Source: Octopus sinensis
Lineage: Eukaryota
Length of the DNA stretch: 64,000 bases
Direction of reading: 5' to 3'
Assembly: GCF_006345805.1 (NCBI RefSeq)
Contig: NC_043006.1
Span: 32,488,001 to 32,552,000 of the forward strand
In this document: in pieces, positions 1-11,990 of the stretch
How positions within the stretch are numbered: position 1 is the first letter of the stretch
How the letters are laid out: each line of letters begins with the position of its first letter
The notes under the pieces: generated by a model
What the model was told of the DNA's origin: nothing
Seen by the model: only the letters and a program-made list of their open reading frames with translations
The model's database searches: none
Made by a program: the position numbers and the translations under genes

Positions 1-190
1 ACAGAAACAGGAAGAGTGAGAGAAAGTTGTGGTGAAAGAGTACAGTAGGGTTCGACCCCCCCTCCTGCCGGAGACTCGTGGAACTTTAGGTGTTTTCGCT
101 CAATAAACACTCACAATGCCCGGTCTGGGAATCGAAACCGCGATCCTACGACCGCGAGTCCGCTGCCTTAACCACTGGGCCATTGCGCCT

Positions 191-193
<3 letters not shown>
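1..193 (-). mobile_element. tRNA-derived SINE, family C (tRNA-Arg-like head), cut by window edge
   Basis: Minus strand reads tggaggcgcaatggcccagtggttaaggcagcggactcgcggtcgtaggatcgcggtttcgattcc (Pol III A and B boxes); homologous copy at 8530-8837. Confidence 0.85.
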
Positions 194-245
<52 letters not shown>

Positions 246-246
246 C

Positions 247-474
247 ATGCTTTATTTAAAAGTAGCAGAAATTCAACAAAACCGGTTACTCTGAGTTTCA
301 CGTTCGTCGGACAGTTTTTGTTTTAACAAAAACTGTCCGACGAACGGAAACGTGAAACTCAGAGTAACAGGTTTTGTTGAATTTATGCTGCTTTTAAATA
401 AAGCATATTACCTTACCCCTGGTATTTGAGCACTCTTTTTTCCTCCTTGTTTCACATTTATGTGTTTACTCCGG
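247..474. mobile_element. Foldback mini-element (family HH-A) with hammerhead motif in each arm, in (TA)n
   Basis: 247-322 is the near-perfect reverse complement of 325-406; unique tail to 474; homologous copy in opposite orientation at 54648-54860; flanked by TA repeats. Confidence 0.85.
333..370 (+). ncRNA. Type I hammerhead ribozyme motif (U4C core variant)
   Basis: ctgt-CCGACGA-acg(gaaa)cgt-GAAAC-tcaga-GTA-acag: stem I ctgt/acag, stem II with GNRA loop, stem III closing on a GUA triplet. Confidence 0.75.
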
Positions 475-493
475 TATATATATATATATATAT

Positions 494-849
494 ATAATAA
501 TAAATATTAGGGAATAAATCCAAATTCACAGGGAAAAATCAGATTTAGGATTGAATCCAATTTATAGTAAAATATTATATTATATTAAATTAGAGACAAA
601 ACCACTATTAGGCAAATCAAATAATGAAAGACTTAAGCCAATACATATGATTAATTTATATTATTTAAATATGTAACAATTATTAAAAAATATAATTAAT
701 ATCCACTACGATCGTTTCCTGCCTGCTGTCTTTAAATTTTTGAGTCGCAGTCATTCATCAGGTGGTTTCAAAATTTTTCTTGGCGAGTTTTAAACAATGA
801 ACTCATTGTTTGATTTGCCTAATAGTGGTTTTGTCTCTAATTTAATATA

Positions 850-858
<9 letters not shown>
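494..858 (-). mobile_element. Penelope-type terminal-repeat fragment (family HH-B) with hammerhead and ~46-bp inverted repeats
   Basis: Perfect inverted repeat 576-621 / 809-854; hammerhead at 703-765; flanked by (TA)n; related remnant at 62385-62490. Confidence 0.7.
703..765 (-). ncRNA. Type I hammerhead ribozyme motif, canonical core, palindromic stem III
   Basis: Minus strand: ccac-CTGATGA-atgactgc...gcaggcag-GAAAC-gatc-GTA-gtgg; stem I ccac/gtgg; ACGATCGT palindrome. Confidence 0.85.
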
Positions 859-902
<44 letters not shown>

Positions 903-2460
903 AGAGAAGACGTTTTAGAAAGTCGAAAGACACTAACCTTTGGGAAGAGATTTCACAAAATGCGTGTAGGCGTGTAGGCTTTACTTTTATACATGTATAA
1001 GCGCTTTCAGTTCTTAACGTTTTCAAGCACATATATATGTGTACGTATGGACGGATGCATACATGGATGTTTCAATGAGACAGAGCATTCATTAAATGCT
1101 TCGAAACCTACAACTTCTCAACCTAGAAAATAAATTAACATTTGTACCCCAATATATTTGGCTTATTTGATTAGATTACAAAGTGTTAGAGTAGTAATCT
1201 AGGAAACCTAGACTTTTCAGGCAAAGAATTAATACATCAAAGACATAATCTGCAAATTTAATCTGGAGGTGAAAATACGAATGGTTTTTTTAAAAGTTAA
1301 TCATCTAACAGGTTTTTTGCAGTTGCTGCTATCTTAATTCCAGTGATAAAGTTTTGTTTCTTAGTTAGAACGAGTAGTTCTCTTAGGAAAATTACTAAGC
1401 ATTAAAAGAAGACACATATTCGCGCACACACACATGTATAAATTCATGCATATATACACACAAACGTACTCACATTATATACGTGGGCGTACGTATGCGT
1501 ACATATATATGCACATGTGTGTGTCCATGCGTGCGTGTGTGTATATATGCATATATCTGTGTGTCCCTGTGTGTGTTTGTGTGTGTGTCTGTATATATAT
1601 ACATGACTGTTGTCGTCACCTCGGTGTTTAGATCTTTAGATGTATGTAATTACCGAATTTATGAATGCAATGATCCAAGAATGTATGAAGATTACACACG
1701 AAAATTTCTAGATAACTACTGACGCATCACATATCCTGCAGCATAAATATATGAACTTAATCAATAAGCCAAACAACATTAGCCAAGTGCTTCAGTCTTA
1801 GAAAAATACGTATGCTCAAATGTAGCTGTAAAACAAATATACATTAACAGAAATGAACTTGCATACTGTCATGTATAACTTTAAATATAATCACGATTAA
1901 CATCTGTTGTAAAAACTATTTAACAACAAATTAAAAGAATAAACAAAAGTAATGAAATAATTACGAGTAAAGAAGTGAAATGGAACCAGTGCGTGTATTT
2001 ATTATTGACATAATGACCTTCCCAAGATACAATAAAATCAAGTCACTGTAGACCTACCCAGGTCTATTATCACAGAAAATATAATTATACGAAACTACAA
2101 CCAAGGAAGTAGTTTTAATACAGTCGTTTGACCTGTTAAAATAATAGCTAAATCTCACTCAAATCACATGCTGGGTGCTTAGAAAATATGATTACATAGT
2201 AATAGGTGCCATGAGAAAAGAATGTCTTTGATAATCTGCCGGCTCTCCGTTGTATTACTCAAGCTACTGACGCTGGATAACACAGCCCCTACATTTTTCG
2301 TGATACATGGTATTTAAAGATAAACTCTATTATTCTATGAATCATTGTTTTATTAAACATATATATACTGCGTAAACCTAAACGCTATTGCTTTATGCAA
2401 ATTCTGGATAGACTGTGAAAATATAAAGGCTTTGAAAACTCTGGTGTTTCCAGATGTAAC

Positions 2461-2735
2461 TACAGGGTGGGCGGCCGGGTGTCAGCCATTGTCCCTCAGT
2501 CATTGTGTGCCCTTCATCGTGTCGACATGCGAACCTTTGAAGTACGTACGTTTTTAGTTGAATGGGTGTTTCGAGCTGGAAACAAATACACAGAGACTAT
2601 GAAACAGAAGTTCAGTGAAACTTTTCCAAATACTGTTGCTCCACATCGTGACACTGTGTGGGATTTGATAATTAAATTTAAAACCCAGGCTCAGTGGAAG
2701 ACGCAGCAAGAAGCGGTAGGCCGACTGTTCTTTCA
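2461..2735 (+). mobile_element. Tc1/mariner-superfamily transposon 5' fragment (terminal repeat + HTH region)
   Basis: Starts TA|CAGGGTG; encodes MRTFEVRTFLVEWVFRAGNKYTETMKQKFSETFPNTVAPHRDTVWDLIIKFK then, frameshifted, GSVEDAARSGRPT, a typical Tc1-like HTH; cut by a SINE. Confidence 0.75.
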
Positions 2736-2744
2736 GACGAAACA

Positions 2745-3138
2745 CTCTCTTTTACTTGTTTCAGTCATTTGACTGCGGCCATGCTGGAGCACCGCCTTTA
2801 GTCGAGCAAATCGATCCCAGGACTTATTCTTTGTAAGCCCAGTACTTATTATATCGGTCTCTTTTGCCGAACCGCTAAGTGACGGGGATGTAAACACACC
2901 AGCATCGGTTGTCAAGCAATGCTAGGGAGACAAACACAGACACACAAACACATACACACACATATATATATACATATATACGACAGGCTTCTTTCAGTTT
3001 CCGCCTACCAAATCCACTCACAAGGCTTTGGTCGGCCCGGGGCTATAGCAGAAGACACTTGCCCAAGATGCCACGCAGTGGGACTGAACCAGGAACAATA
3101 TGGTTGGTTAGCAAGCTACTTACTACACAGCCACTCCT
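2745..3138 (-). mobile_element. SINE family A, full length (tRNA-like head, CORE-like box, internal microsatellite)
   Basis: Matches many copies in the window (head ggagtggctgtgtggtaag..., box gcaccttgggcaagtgtcttct, tail ...atgactgaaacaagtaaaagag). Confidence 0.9.
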
Positions 3139-3479
3139 TTCTGATAAACTGTTGGAAAACCCGTCAAAGTCCTTATGCAAATTGTCACAGGAAGCAGATA
3201 TCAGCATAGGAAGTTCTCACACGGCAGTAGAAAAGAAATGAAATTTCTTTCCATACAAAGTGCTGGCCATTCAAGAATTGAAAACTCTGGGTCATGCTAA
3301 AAGGCTTTATTATTGTCTCATACTTGCTGAGGAGAGACTTTTTGAACACTGCATTTTGTATTACATTTAGAACTAACAAAAAGGAACAATGACGAAAAGT
3401 TATAAATGAAACTACGACGATCATTTGGATTAGAGGGTAATTTTGGTTTACTGATTGTTTTAGATGCTAATATTATAAC

Positions 3480-3685
3480 GAAGGCGGTGAACTGGCAGAA
3501 TCTTTAGTGCGCCGGGCAAAACTGCTTAGCAGTATTTCGTCCGTCTGAACGTTTCTGAGTTTGAATTCCGTAAAGGTCGATTTTGTATTTCTACCTTTCG
3601 TGGTTGATAAAATAAATACCAGTTGATGTAATCGATTCATCCCCTCCCCTGAAATTACTGGCCTTGCACCAAAATTAGAAACTAA
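3480..3685 (+). mobile_element. SINE family B
   Basis: ggcggtgaactggcagaatc...gtttgaattccg...gtcga...taccagttg, matching 11768, 19175, 55795. Confidence 0.8.
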
Positions 3686-3879
3686 AATATTATCACGAAT
3701 AGCCAATGACAACTACCCACAATGTAGTGGGACATCCAGGATGTAATAGCTAGAGAGAGAGAGGGGGAGAGAGGGAGAGACAGAGACAGAGACAGATAGA
3801 GAGAGACAGAGAGAGGGGGAGAGAAAGAGAGACAGGGAAGCAGCAGCACTGAGCAAGTGCACTCCGCTCTCATTTTTCA

Positions 3880-4012
3880 TTTCTACCAAGTAAATTACAG
3901 CAACGTAAAATTTAAGTGCCTCGCTCAAAGACACAACGTGTCGCATGGCCAGGAATCGCACCTAGACCTTATGATCATTAATCCAACACTTTAACCACTA
4001 AATTACACACAT
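3880..4012 (-). mobile_element. SINE family D, degenerate
   Basis: Minus strand has a tRNA-like head followed by gttgtgtctttgagcgaggcactt; similar to 19050-19145 and 49015-49235. Confidence 0.6.
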
Positions 4013-5380
4013 TAAGATACAACTTTTACTGAATCTTCTGATTCAATAATCTTTCGTAAAAAAATACACACCAAGCATCGCTACGGAGAAAGCTGTACAG
4101 GCGTAGAAACAGGTGTAGAAACATAGAAATAGACGCAGAAGCTGTACATTCTGTACATTTTGTAGGCTGGGTCTTGGTTGGGGTAGTTATAGTCGACGAG
4201 ATTGGTGTCAGAATTTGACAGGTAAATATTTCATTGAGTTTCGAAGGATTAAAAGGCAAAATTATCATCAGCGGGGTTTGAACTGCCAGGTCGCAGTGAC
4301 TTAGGGACATGCGGCTGTATCACACACGATCATGATAAGCTACATCAGCAGAGTATCTCAACAGTCAACAATTTATTTGATGAGCCAGTGAAGTTACATC
4401 TACTAAGGGGTCGTTTGATCTGCTAGAAATAGCAACTAAATTTCTGTCACGTACTGGGTAATGCAGTCTCAGAACAGCTATCTCAAAAGACTGGATGGCG
4501 ACGGCCAAGAATTCTTCGTCAAATTTAAAAATGAAGTTAAACAATTCGTATGAAGTTCAAATCACAGCCAAACGATTCGATGAGTTCTGTAATCCCATCA
4601 ATAAGAATGGATGAAAAACCCACTCAAAGTGGAATACACATAAAGAAAAAGTCTTTACAATTAGAATTTGATTTAATCAATCAAATTGCTATGGCAGGAA
4701 ATTACCGAAAAGTGTAGATCATTTCAAAAGAGATAGAATGTATGAGACATTTAAATCCCTCGACATAAATTTTACTAACCATGTTGGTAAAGAAATGCAA
4801 AGAGTTGAAGCAATACCAACAGAAAACAAGCAGATATCATCAGCCATTGTTGGTCCGTGACATGAAATAGAAAAAGCAGTTTTAAAATTTATTCTATGAA
4901 AAAAGCATTTCACAGATTTTATTATTTATGAAATATAACACAGCTAAATTCACAGACAGAGTAAACTTTAAAAAAGCAATTGAGATACACAAAATTGAAA
5001 TGCTAAATTATAAGCTTCATATACTGAAATAAAATCTGCATCACAGCGGAAATGCAAATCGATAAATTATAAATACAAAATAGACAAAGTATTCATTTGA
5101 TATCACGAAGCAACCAGTCTATCGTAACTCCGACATAAAGAGTACAATTGTTGTAAAAGATATTTTATCAGAATAGCAAGTTGAAATCTTCCAGAAATTT
5201 CCCCGACGGAAAAATGATGCACTGAACAAGCAACTCGCAGTGAATAAAGAACTAAAGCAAGGGTACGAGATTAGCATAAGTTGCAGACGACGACCAGTCA
5301 CACAAGAACCTCTGTTGTTATCACCGTCTAATTTGTTGCCTCAAGTTAGATCTGTTCAGTGATTTGGCTTATATATATAT

Positions 5381-5448
<68 letters not shown>

Positions 5449-5454
5449 ATATAT

Positions 5455-5635
5455 TCATGTGTGTGTCTTTGTCCCTCATTACTGCTTGACAACCGGAGTT
5501 GGTGTGTTTACGTCTCCGTAAGATAGCCTGATAAAATAAATACTTGGCTTTAAGAAAGTAAGCCCTTGAAAGCGGTGCTCCAGCATGGTCGCAATCTAAT
5601 GACTGAAATCAGTAAAATATAAACGATAAAAAAAT
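5455..5635 (+). mobile_element. SINE family A, 3' half
   Basis: gcttgacaaccg...gtgtttacgtc...gcggtgctccagcatgg...gactgaaa. Confidence 0.8.
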
Positions 5636-5749
5636 ACATAAGTATCCATATCCCTCTATGGATGCATGTAATAGAAAAAGGAAAGACGAAGAGAGGCGTA
5701 CGAACAATATTCAAGTGTGCTGGTTTGACGGTCGGGAAAAATGAAAACG

Positions 5750-5788
5750 TCTTTTACGTTTCGGACCTACACTCTTCGACAGAAAAGA
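5750..5788 (-). ncRNA. Hammerhead-like motif with variant core (CUGUCGAA)
   Basis: Minus strand: tctttt-CTGTCGA-A-gagt(gtag)gtcc-GAAAC-GTA-aaaga; A6 replaced by U, stem II imperfect. Confidence 0.4.
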
Positions 5789-6870
5789 ATAAAGGGAAAT
5801 AAATGTAGAGAGAATGGCGTGGATAAAGACCAAACTCTGAGATTTGCTGGCCAAGACGTGGTTCTGAATAAATTTTATACCACTCTTCCCCTTCTGTTGA
5901 ATACTTTTTCTCCTATTTTTATGTACTCTCTTACACTCACGTTCATTCATTATACGTGTGTGCTTGTGGTGTTGGTGCGTGAGTGTGCATGTATATTTGT
6001 GGTGTTAGTGCGTGTGTGTATATGTGTGTGCGTGTGCTTGCTTTTGTGTACATATGTCTATTCGTGACTGAATTTGTGTACGTGCGGTTGCTTGTAAAAT
6101 AATGAAAATCACACCGATACATTAATTCACAATTAAAATGCAAGAATTTTATTAAAAAGAAGCAAAGTCTTCTCACTTCTTTTCAACAAATATGAAATGT
6201 ATCACAAGCCTTGCCAACGTTTTGGCAAATTGAATTATACTGCATGTTTCCTATAATAATATTTCAGCTGTTTATTTATCGTGCATAGCAATACGTAGAC
6301 TCCATTTTATTACAGCTCATGGCTGAAATAGCTGCCAATTATTGCTTACAGAGAATTTACCTATATATAAATAAATACATGTGTGTGTGTGATAAGTGTA
6401 TATATTTGTGTGTGTTTACATGTATTAGTATGTATGTATATACCTTACCTATGCAATTTTCAAGTATATTTGTGTACGTGAAATTCAGAGAGAGTGAAGC
6501 AATGACAGAGAAAAAAAATCAGACACATGAAAAAGGGGGAAACTTGCAGCTGCCAACGCACAGAAAATATTTACTTTTGTAGCTTGGGTTATTTGTGGAA
6601 CTCTTAGAAAGTTTCTGAAAAATAAAACAAACTTTAAAAAGTAAAGAAATACACACAGAAATGTATATACATTGTTATCAATATGCTCACGCGCAATTAC
6701 TATTTAAAACATATGTACATACATAAAACAGCATTATTGTATGGCTTGCAGGCTTGATATATGTAATATATGTATGTACGTATGTACGTATGTACGTACG
6801 TATGTATGTATGTATGTATGTATGTATGTATGATGTATGTATGTATGTATGCATGTATATATATATATAT

Positions 6871-6949
<79 letters not shown>

Positions 6950-7429
6950 TGTGTGTGTATATATATATATACATATATATATATATGTGTGCGTGTGCGC
7001 GTACGTGTTTAACAGAATAGAACTGACAGAATACATTGCAGATCATTTTGTGAGATAATGTCGTAATTACGTAAATCACTCGTCAACTGTGCAAACACCT
7101 ACGACCGTTTCCAGAGAAAATATATGATGGGTTGTTTGTGTATCGAGTAAGGGATTTGTACAGTTAGGATTTCATCTCACAAAATTATTCGTAATATTTC
7201 GATTGATTCATGGCATTAGGATTTTTTAAGTAGGTTAAAATATGTCTGTGACATATTAATTTCTCAAGGCAAATTCCCTGCTGTTACCACGGAGAATAAG
7301 TCTTCCTTAGAGTAAAAGGTGTAGAAACACCATATCTGCTCAGCGCTTCCTTCTAGCGGATTCCCAAATGCGCGTGTCAGGCTCTTTAGCCTACGTCAAT
7401 ATGAAATACTGAAGAGAGATAACTCTGGG

Positions 7430-7945
7430 CAGATTCAACGGGTACAATGATAAAAAACGTTCTTTGCAGTGGTTCAACCAAAATGAAACAGCGAAAAACT
7501 TCCATAAACCTGAGCTCTTCAAAAAGAAAATTATGGTGACTGTTTAGTGGTGTACTGCTGTACTTATCCACTATAACTTCTTGAAACCCGGAAAAACCAT
7601 TTCTGCGGAAACATATTTCATGAAATTGCCAAAATGAACGAAAAACTGCTGCTCCTCCGTCCCAGACTGGTCAACAGAAGAGAGCCAGTCTTTCTTCATG
7701 ACAATGCACGTCTACAAGTTTCATTCACGACGTTTCAGAAGCTGAGGGAACTTGGCTGCGAAGTTCTTCTCCACCCAGCTTATTCCCCAGACCTTTCTCC
7801 TACCGACTACCACTTTTTCAAGCACCTTGATGGGTTTCCTTCGAGTAAAGAACTTCAAAAGTCAAACCGATACTGAAAGCGCGGATAGAAAGTTCGTCAG
7901 CTCCAGGACTCCAGATTTTTATGTTACCGGAATAAACAAACTTGG
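7430..7945 (+). pseudogene. Mariner transposase fragment (catalytic domain), disrupted
   Basis: FLHDNAR ... HPAYSPDLSPTDYHFFKHL (mariner D,D34D motifs); in-frame stop and frameshift. Confidence 0.9.
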
Positions 7946-8529
7946 GTTACAAAGAATAAGTCCATGTGGTTCGTAAGCAAGCTACGTACCACACAGCCAC
8001 TCCTGTGCATATATATATATATATATTTATATATATACATACACACACATATATATATACATACACATATATATACATACACCCACATACACACACACAC
8101 ACACATATATATACGTTTGTTTTATGTCAAGTTAAAAACAATTTTTCATTAAATTGAAGGATTATAAATCCATTTGGTAGAAAATGAATTTATTATTCTT
8201 TAGGAAGAATAGTATTGCGTATTGACAGTGACTTCGAAGCTTTGGGTTGCTAAGTCATCTGTCTGTATCCAATGACACAATATATCGCTGTCGAGTACTA
8301 TATTACCTAAGTACATCTAGGCATCTTTGAATTGTTGTGTAATATTTAACCTTAGACCTTTTATAAAAAATATTCCTGCCGTGACTATCCTGTCACTTTT
8401 ACGCCATAGAATGAAGCTTTTACTGCGTTCAGTTTCTTCATAAGATTACATATCACCAGATGTAGAATTGACTGCTATTTTTAGCGAGCCGAATGACCAT
8501 ATGGAGGTCTATTTGTTTATCTCAAATTA

Positions 8530-8837
8530 GATCTGATCAGTGATTTCCATTTTTACGATACCGATATATAATTCAAAGGAGATCTGGCTGATGCTTTGTT
8601 CCTTCACGAGCCATGCCTGTCTCATAGGGCCGCAGGTGAGCTGCAAGATGTAGGAGGAAAGAGTGAGAGAAAGTTGTGGCGAAAGAGTCAGGAGAAGTTC
8701 GCCATTACTTTTTGCCAGAGCCGCCTTGAGCTTAGGTATTTCACTCATAAACACACACATCGCCCGGTCTGAGATTCGAACCCGCAATCCTTCGACCGCG
8801 AGTCCGCTGCTCTAACCACTAGGCCATGTGCCTCCAC
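8530..8837 (-). mobile_element. SINE family C
   Basis: Same tRNA-like head and body as 1-193. Confidence 0.85.
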
Positions 8838-9368
8838 ATGACTGTTGTTTACAGCAGATCGAGAAACTGCAGAGCGCTTCTGTCTGTAGGTCTGAGATAA
8901 TGCATCTGTAGTAGAAGTTTTTGCATACACTCTAATTACTATCAAATGAATCAATCAGTTGTTTATGACTGTTTTTAATTATACTCTACAGTATAGTCAC
9001 CTTGGACCTATTGTATGTATACCGACTGCTACACAGAGACAAATTGTATTAAGAAATAACATCCTATAAAAATAGCATTGATATTAAAAATAAAAAAAAA
9101 ACATGATTGCCTACTTAATGAATGACTACTTATTAATGTGACGCTAATTAACTACAAGATTGAATGTATATATTTAATAATTTTTATCGCTATTGTCTAG
9201 ACACTGATAACTATTGTTTAGACAGTTATCGCTCAGAATTTCCGGAAGCTTGTTTTAAAATGAATATGCGCAGCATGCTAATAAAAGAATAATTATATAT
9301 TGTTCATCTTGAAAATTATAAAGAAATAGGATATATATATTTTTAAATGGTTATGAATGTTATACGCC

Positions 9369-9600
9369 CATACATACATACATACATACATACATACATA
9401 CATACATACATACATACATTCATACATACATACATACAAACACCAGGATACATAACGACCCGTCTGGAGCAAAGTATGGCTGAAGTTAGGATCTTGGAGA
9501 GAGAATGCAAATCTTTGATTCATATGCTACAAATGAGCACGATAGCTGGAGCTATAAAAATCTGCAAAACTTTCTTAAGATTTAAAGGATGATGGTTAAA
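9369..9600 (+). mobile_element. (CATA)n array followed by the C-terminal end of an RLE-type LINE
   Basis: PGYITTRLEQSMAEVRILERECKSLIHMLQMSTIAGAIKICKTFLRFKG* resembles the C-terminus at 46770-46900 (ALGYVTHCL...GTVKICKTFQKF). Confidence 0.6.
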
Positions 9601-10409
9601 CCAAGATACTTTCCTTCGTAACCTCGTTACTGAGTAGGTTACCGGTAAAAATATACTCTAAAATTAAACAGAGGAAGAGCATAGACACATAAATACATAC
9701 ATACATATATACTTACATGCGCACACGCACACGCATATATCTGCATACATACACATATGTTTTGTTGTGTCTTGGGAGGGTCATTATGCCAACAATAACG
9801 CCCACACTGGTTCAATGTAACTTCTCTTTTATTAGTCAAATAGCTAAATAACTAACCAACTAACTAATCGATCGTTTGTTGACTTTCATGAGGGCATGTC
9901 ATTGATGTGGTTGGGAAAGCGATGAAAGGACAATCGATTGATTATTTAATCAGCACATTAAACGAACGTTCATTTAGTTAGTTGGTTGGTTAATTTAACA
10001 ATTTAACCATTATTATTCATGTAACCACCCTCCCGCAACACAACATGATTTGTTTCAACACACGAATTCACGCCAAGCATCTTGCAAACCAAACATAAAA
10101 ATATATTATTTAACAAAAATAATAGCATTCCATCACAGCATACATTACAACCTAATTATAATTCAACAGTGGTTCATCTAATCCAGAAAATTGTAATAAA
10201 GACTTTATAAAACCAAGATGAACTCAAATGTATCATAATCCGATGATGGGTTAGTAGGTGGAAACTTCAAGGTCACTTCCAAATACTATTCTTATTAAAA
10301 ATAATAAGTGTCGTCTACATATATTTTTTAGTAAAACTGCAATTTAATGTAAAAATTGGTTTGATTGCAACTCAGCATAAAAAAAATGAAACATTAATAT
10401 ATATATATA

Positions 10410-10817
10410 CTCTTTACTCTTTACTCTTTTACTTGTTTCAGCCATCTGACTGCGGCCATGGTGGAGCACCACCTTTAATCGAGCAACTCGACCCCGGGAC
10501 TTATTCTTTTTGTAAGCCCAGTACTTATTCAATCGGTCTCTTTTGCCGAACCGCTAAGTAACGGGGACATAAACACACCAGCATCGGTTGTCAAGCAATG
10601 CTAGGGGGACAAACACAGACACACAAACAAGCACACATACATATATATATATATATACATATATACGACAGGCTTCTTTCAGTTTCCGTCTACCAAATCC
10701 ACTCACAAGGCATTGGTCGGCCCGGGGCTATAGCAGATGACACTTGCCCAAGATGCCACGCTGTAGGACTGAACCCGGAACCATGTGGTTGGTTAGCAAG
10801 CTACTTACCACACAGCC
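10410..10817 (-). mobile_element. SINE family A, full length
   Basis: High similarity to 2745-3138 and 35387-35783. Confidence 0.92.
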
Positions 10818-11767
10818 AATTTATTTATATTTCTACTTACACACACACACACATACACATACACACACGCACATACACACACATACACACACACACATAC
10901 ACACTAACACAAAACGACATAGAAGACAGGCGTAAAGAAATAAGGAGATGAAGAAAAAAGAATGGATGTTTACAATATCTGGACTTTAAGACACATGGAT
11001 TTACGCAGGATTGCATCTAAGGACTTATGGACTTATTTCTGCAAGGTCGGAAAGTTTAACTGTGAACTTTTATGCTGTTTTTTTCTTCTCCTTCATCTCC
11101 TTATTCCTTTACTCCTGTCCTCTATGTCGTCATTTCATTAATCTACACCCTGCTCATTTTCACTATTTGTCTCCGATGACTGAATATCCTATACTCTGGG
11201 ATATCCCAGGAACAGCTGTAAGACTGAATATTTTTCAAAAATAATAATGTGTATGACGAAATTTTTGCCATGCCTTAACGTTTGTTGCACTCTTTAACAC
11301 TTATATATCCGCTATATCGGAAATCTGCAATGGCTCCATAACTACCGTCTCGGCTATAACCTTGGAGCCCTAGTGATCTATTACAGCACTTAGCAAGCAT
11401 ACAAAGTCCTTTAGATCACTTGTGAACTAAACCCCCATATTTTGTTTGTATGTATATATATATATATGTTTGTATTTAGTTTGGATTCGTGTTGACATAA
11501 ATTATTTTTATATCGAGAGGGCCATTGTGTTAATAAGAAACACAAGCACTGATTCATTTTCACTTCTTTATTAATATTCGTAAAATGGTTAAGTATTTAA
11601 CCAACTAATCAATAACTTCATTAATCATTCAGTTAATCTGTAAATCAATATCGTTTTTCAATGTCCTTTCGTTACCATTTCGGGCAACCCCTTTAGCAGT
11701 ATGGCCCTCCCGTCTCCAGACCAGCTTCAGATCTGACTTCTAGTTCCGAGTTTAATATTCATGGCTG

Positions 11768-11990
11768 TGAAGGCGGCGAGCTGGCAGAAATGTTAGCGCG
11801 CCGGGCGAAATGCTTAGCGGTATTTCGTCTGTCGCCACGTTCTGAGTTCAAATTCCGCCGAAGTCGACTTTGCATTTCATCTTTTTCGTGGTCGAAAAAT
11901 TAAGTACCAGTTGCGTCCTGAGGTCGATCTAATCGACTGGCCCCCTCGCACAACATTTCGGGCCTTGTGCCTAGAGTAGAAACGAATATT
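11768..11990 (+). mobile_element. SINE family B, full length
   Basis: ggcggcgagctggcagaaatgttagc...gagttcaaattccgccg...ccttgtgcctagagtagaaa. Confidence 0.9.

Noticed and set aside
110-193. tRNA gene
   Set aside because: The tRNA-like sequence runs into a SINE body repeated at 8530-8837; it is a SINE head.
4225-4280. CTGATGA...GAAAC on the minus strand
   Set aside because: No NUH or stem I; part of a decayed SINE-B.
6754-7079. YI/VC/HT-repeat ORFs here and throughout (e.g. 31101-31580, 58936-59325)
   Set aside because: Translations of (TA)n, (TG)n and (TATG)n microsatellites.
10232-10280. CCGATGA...GAAAC...GTC
   Set aside because: Stems I and II do not pair.
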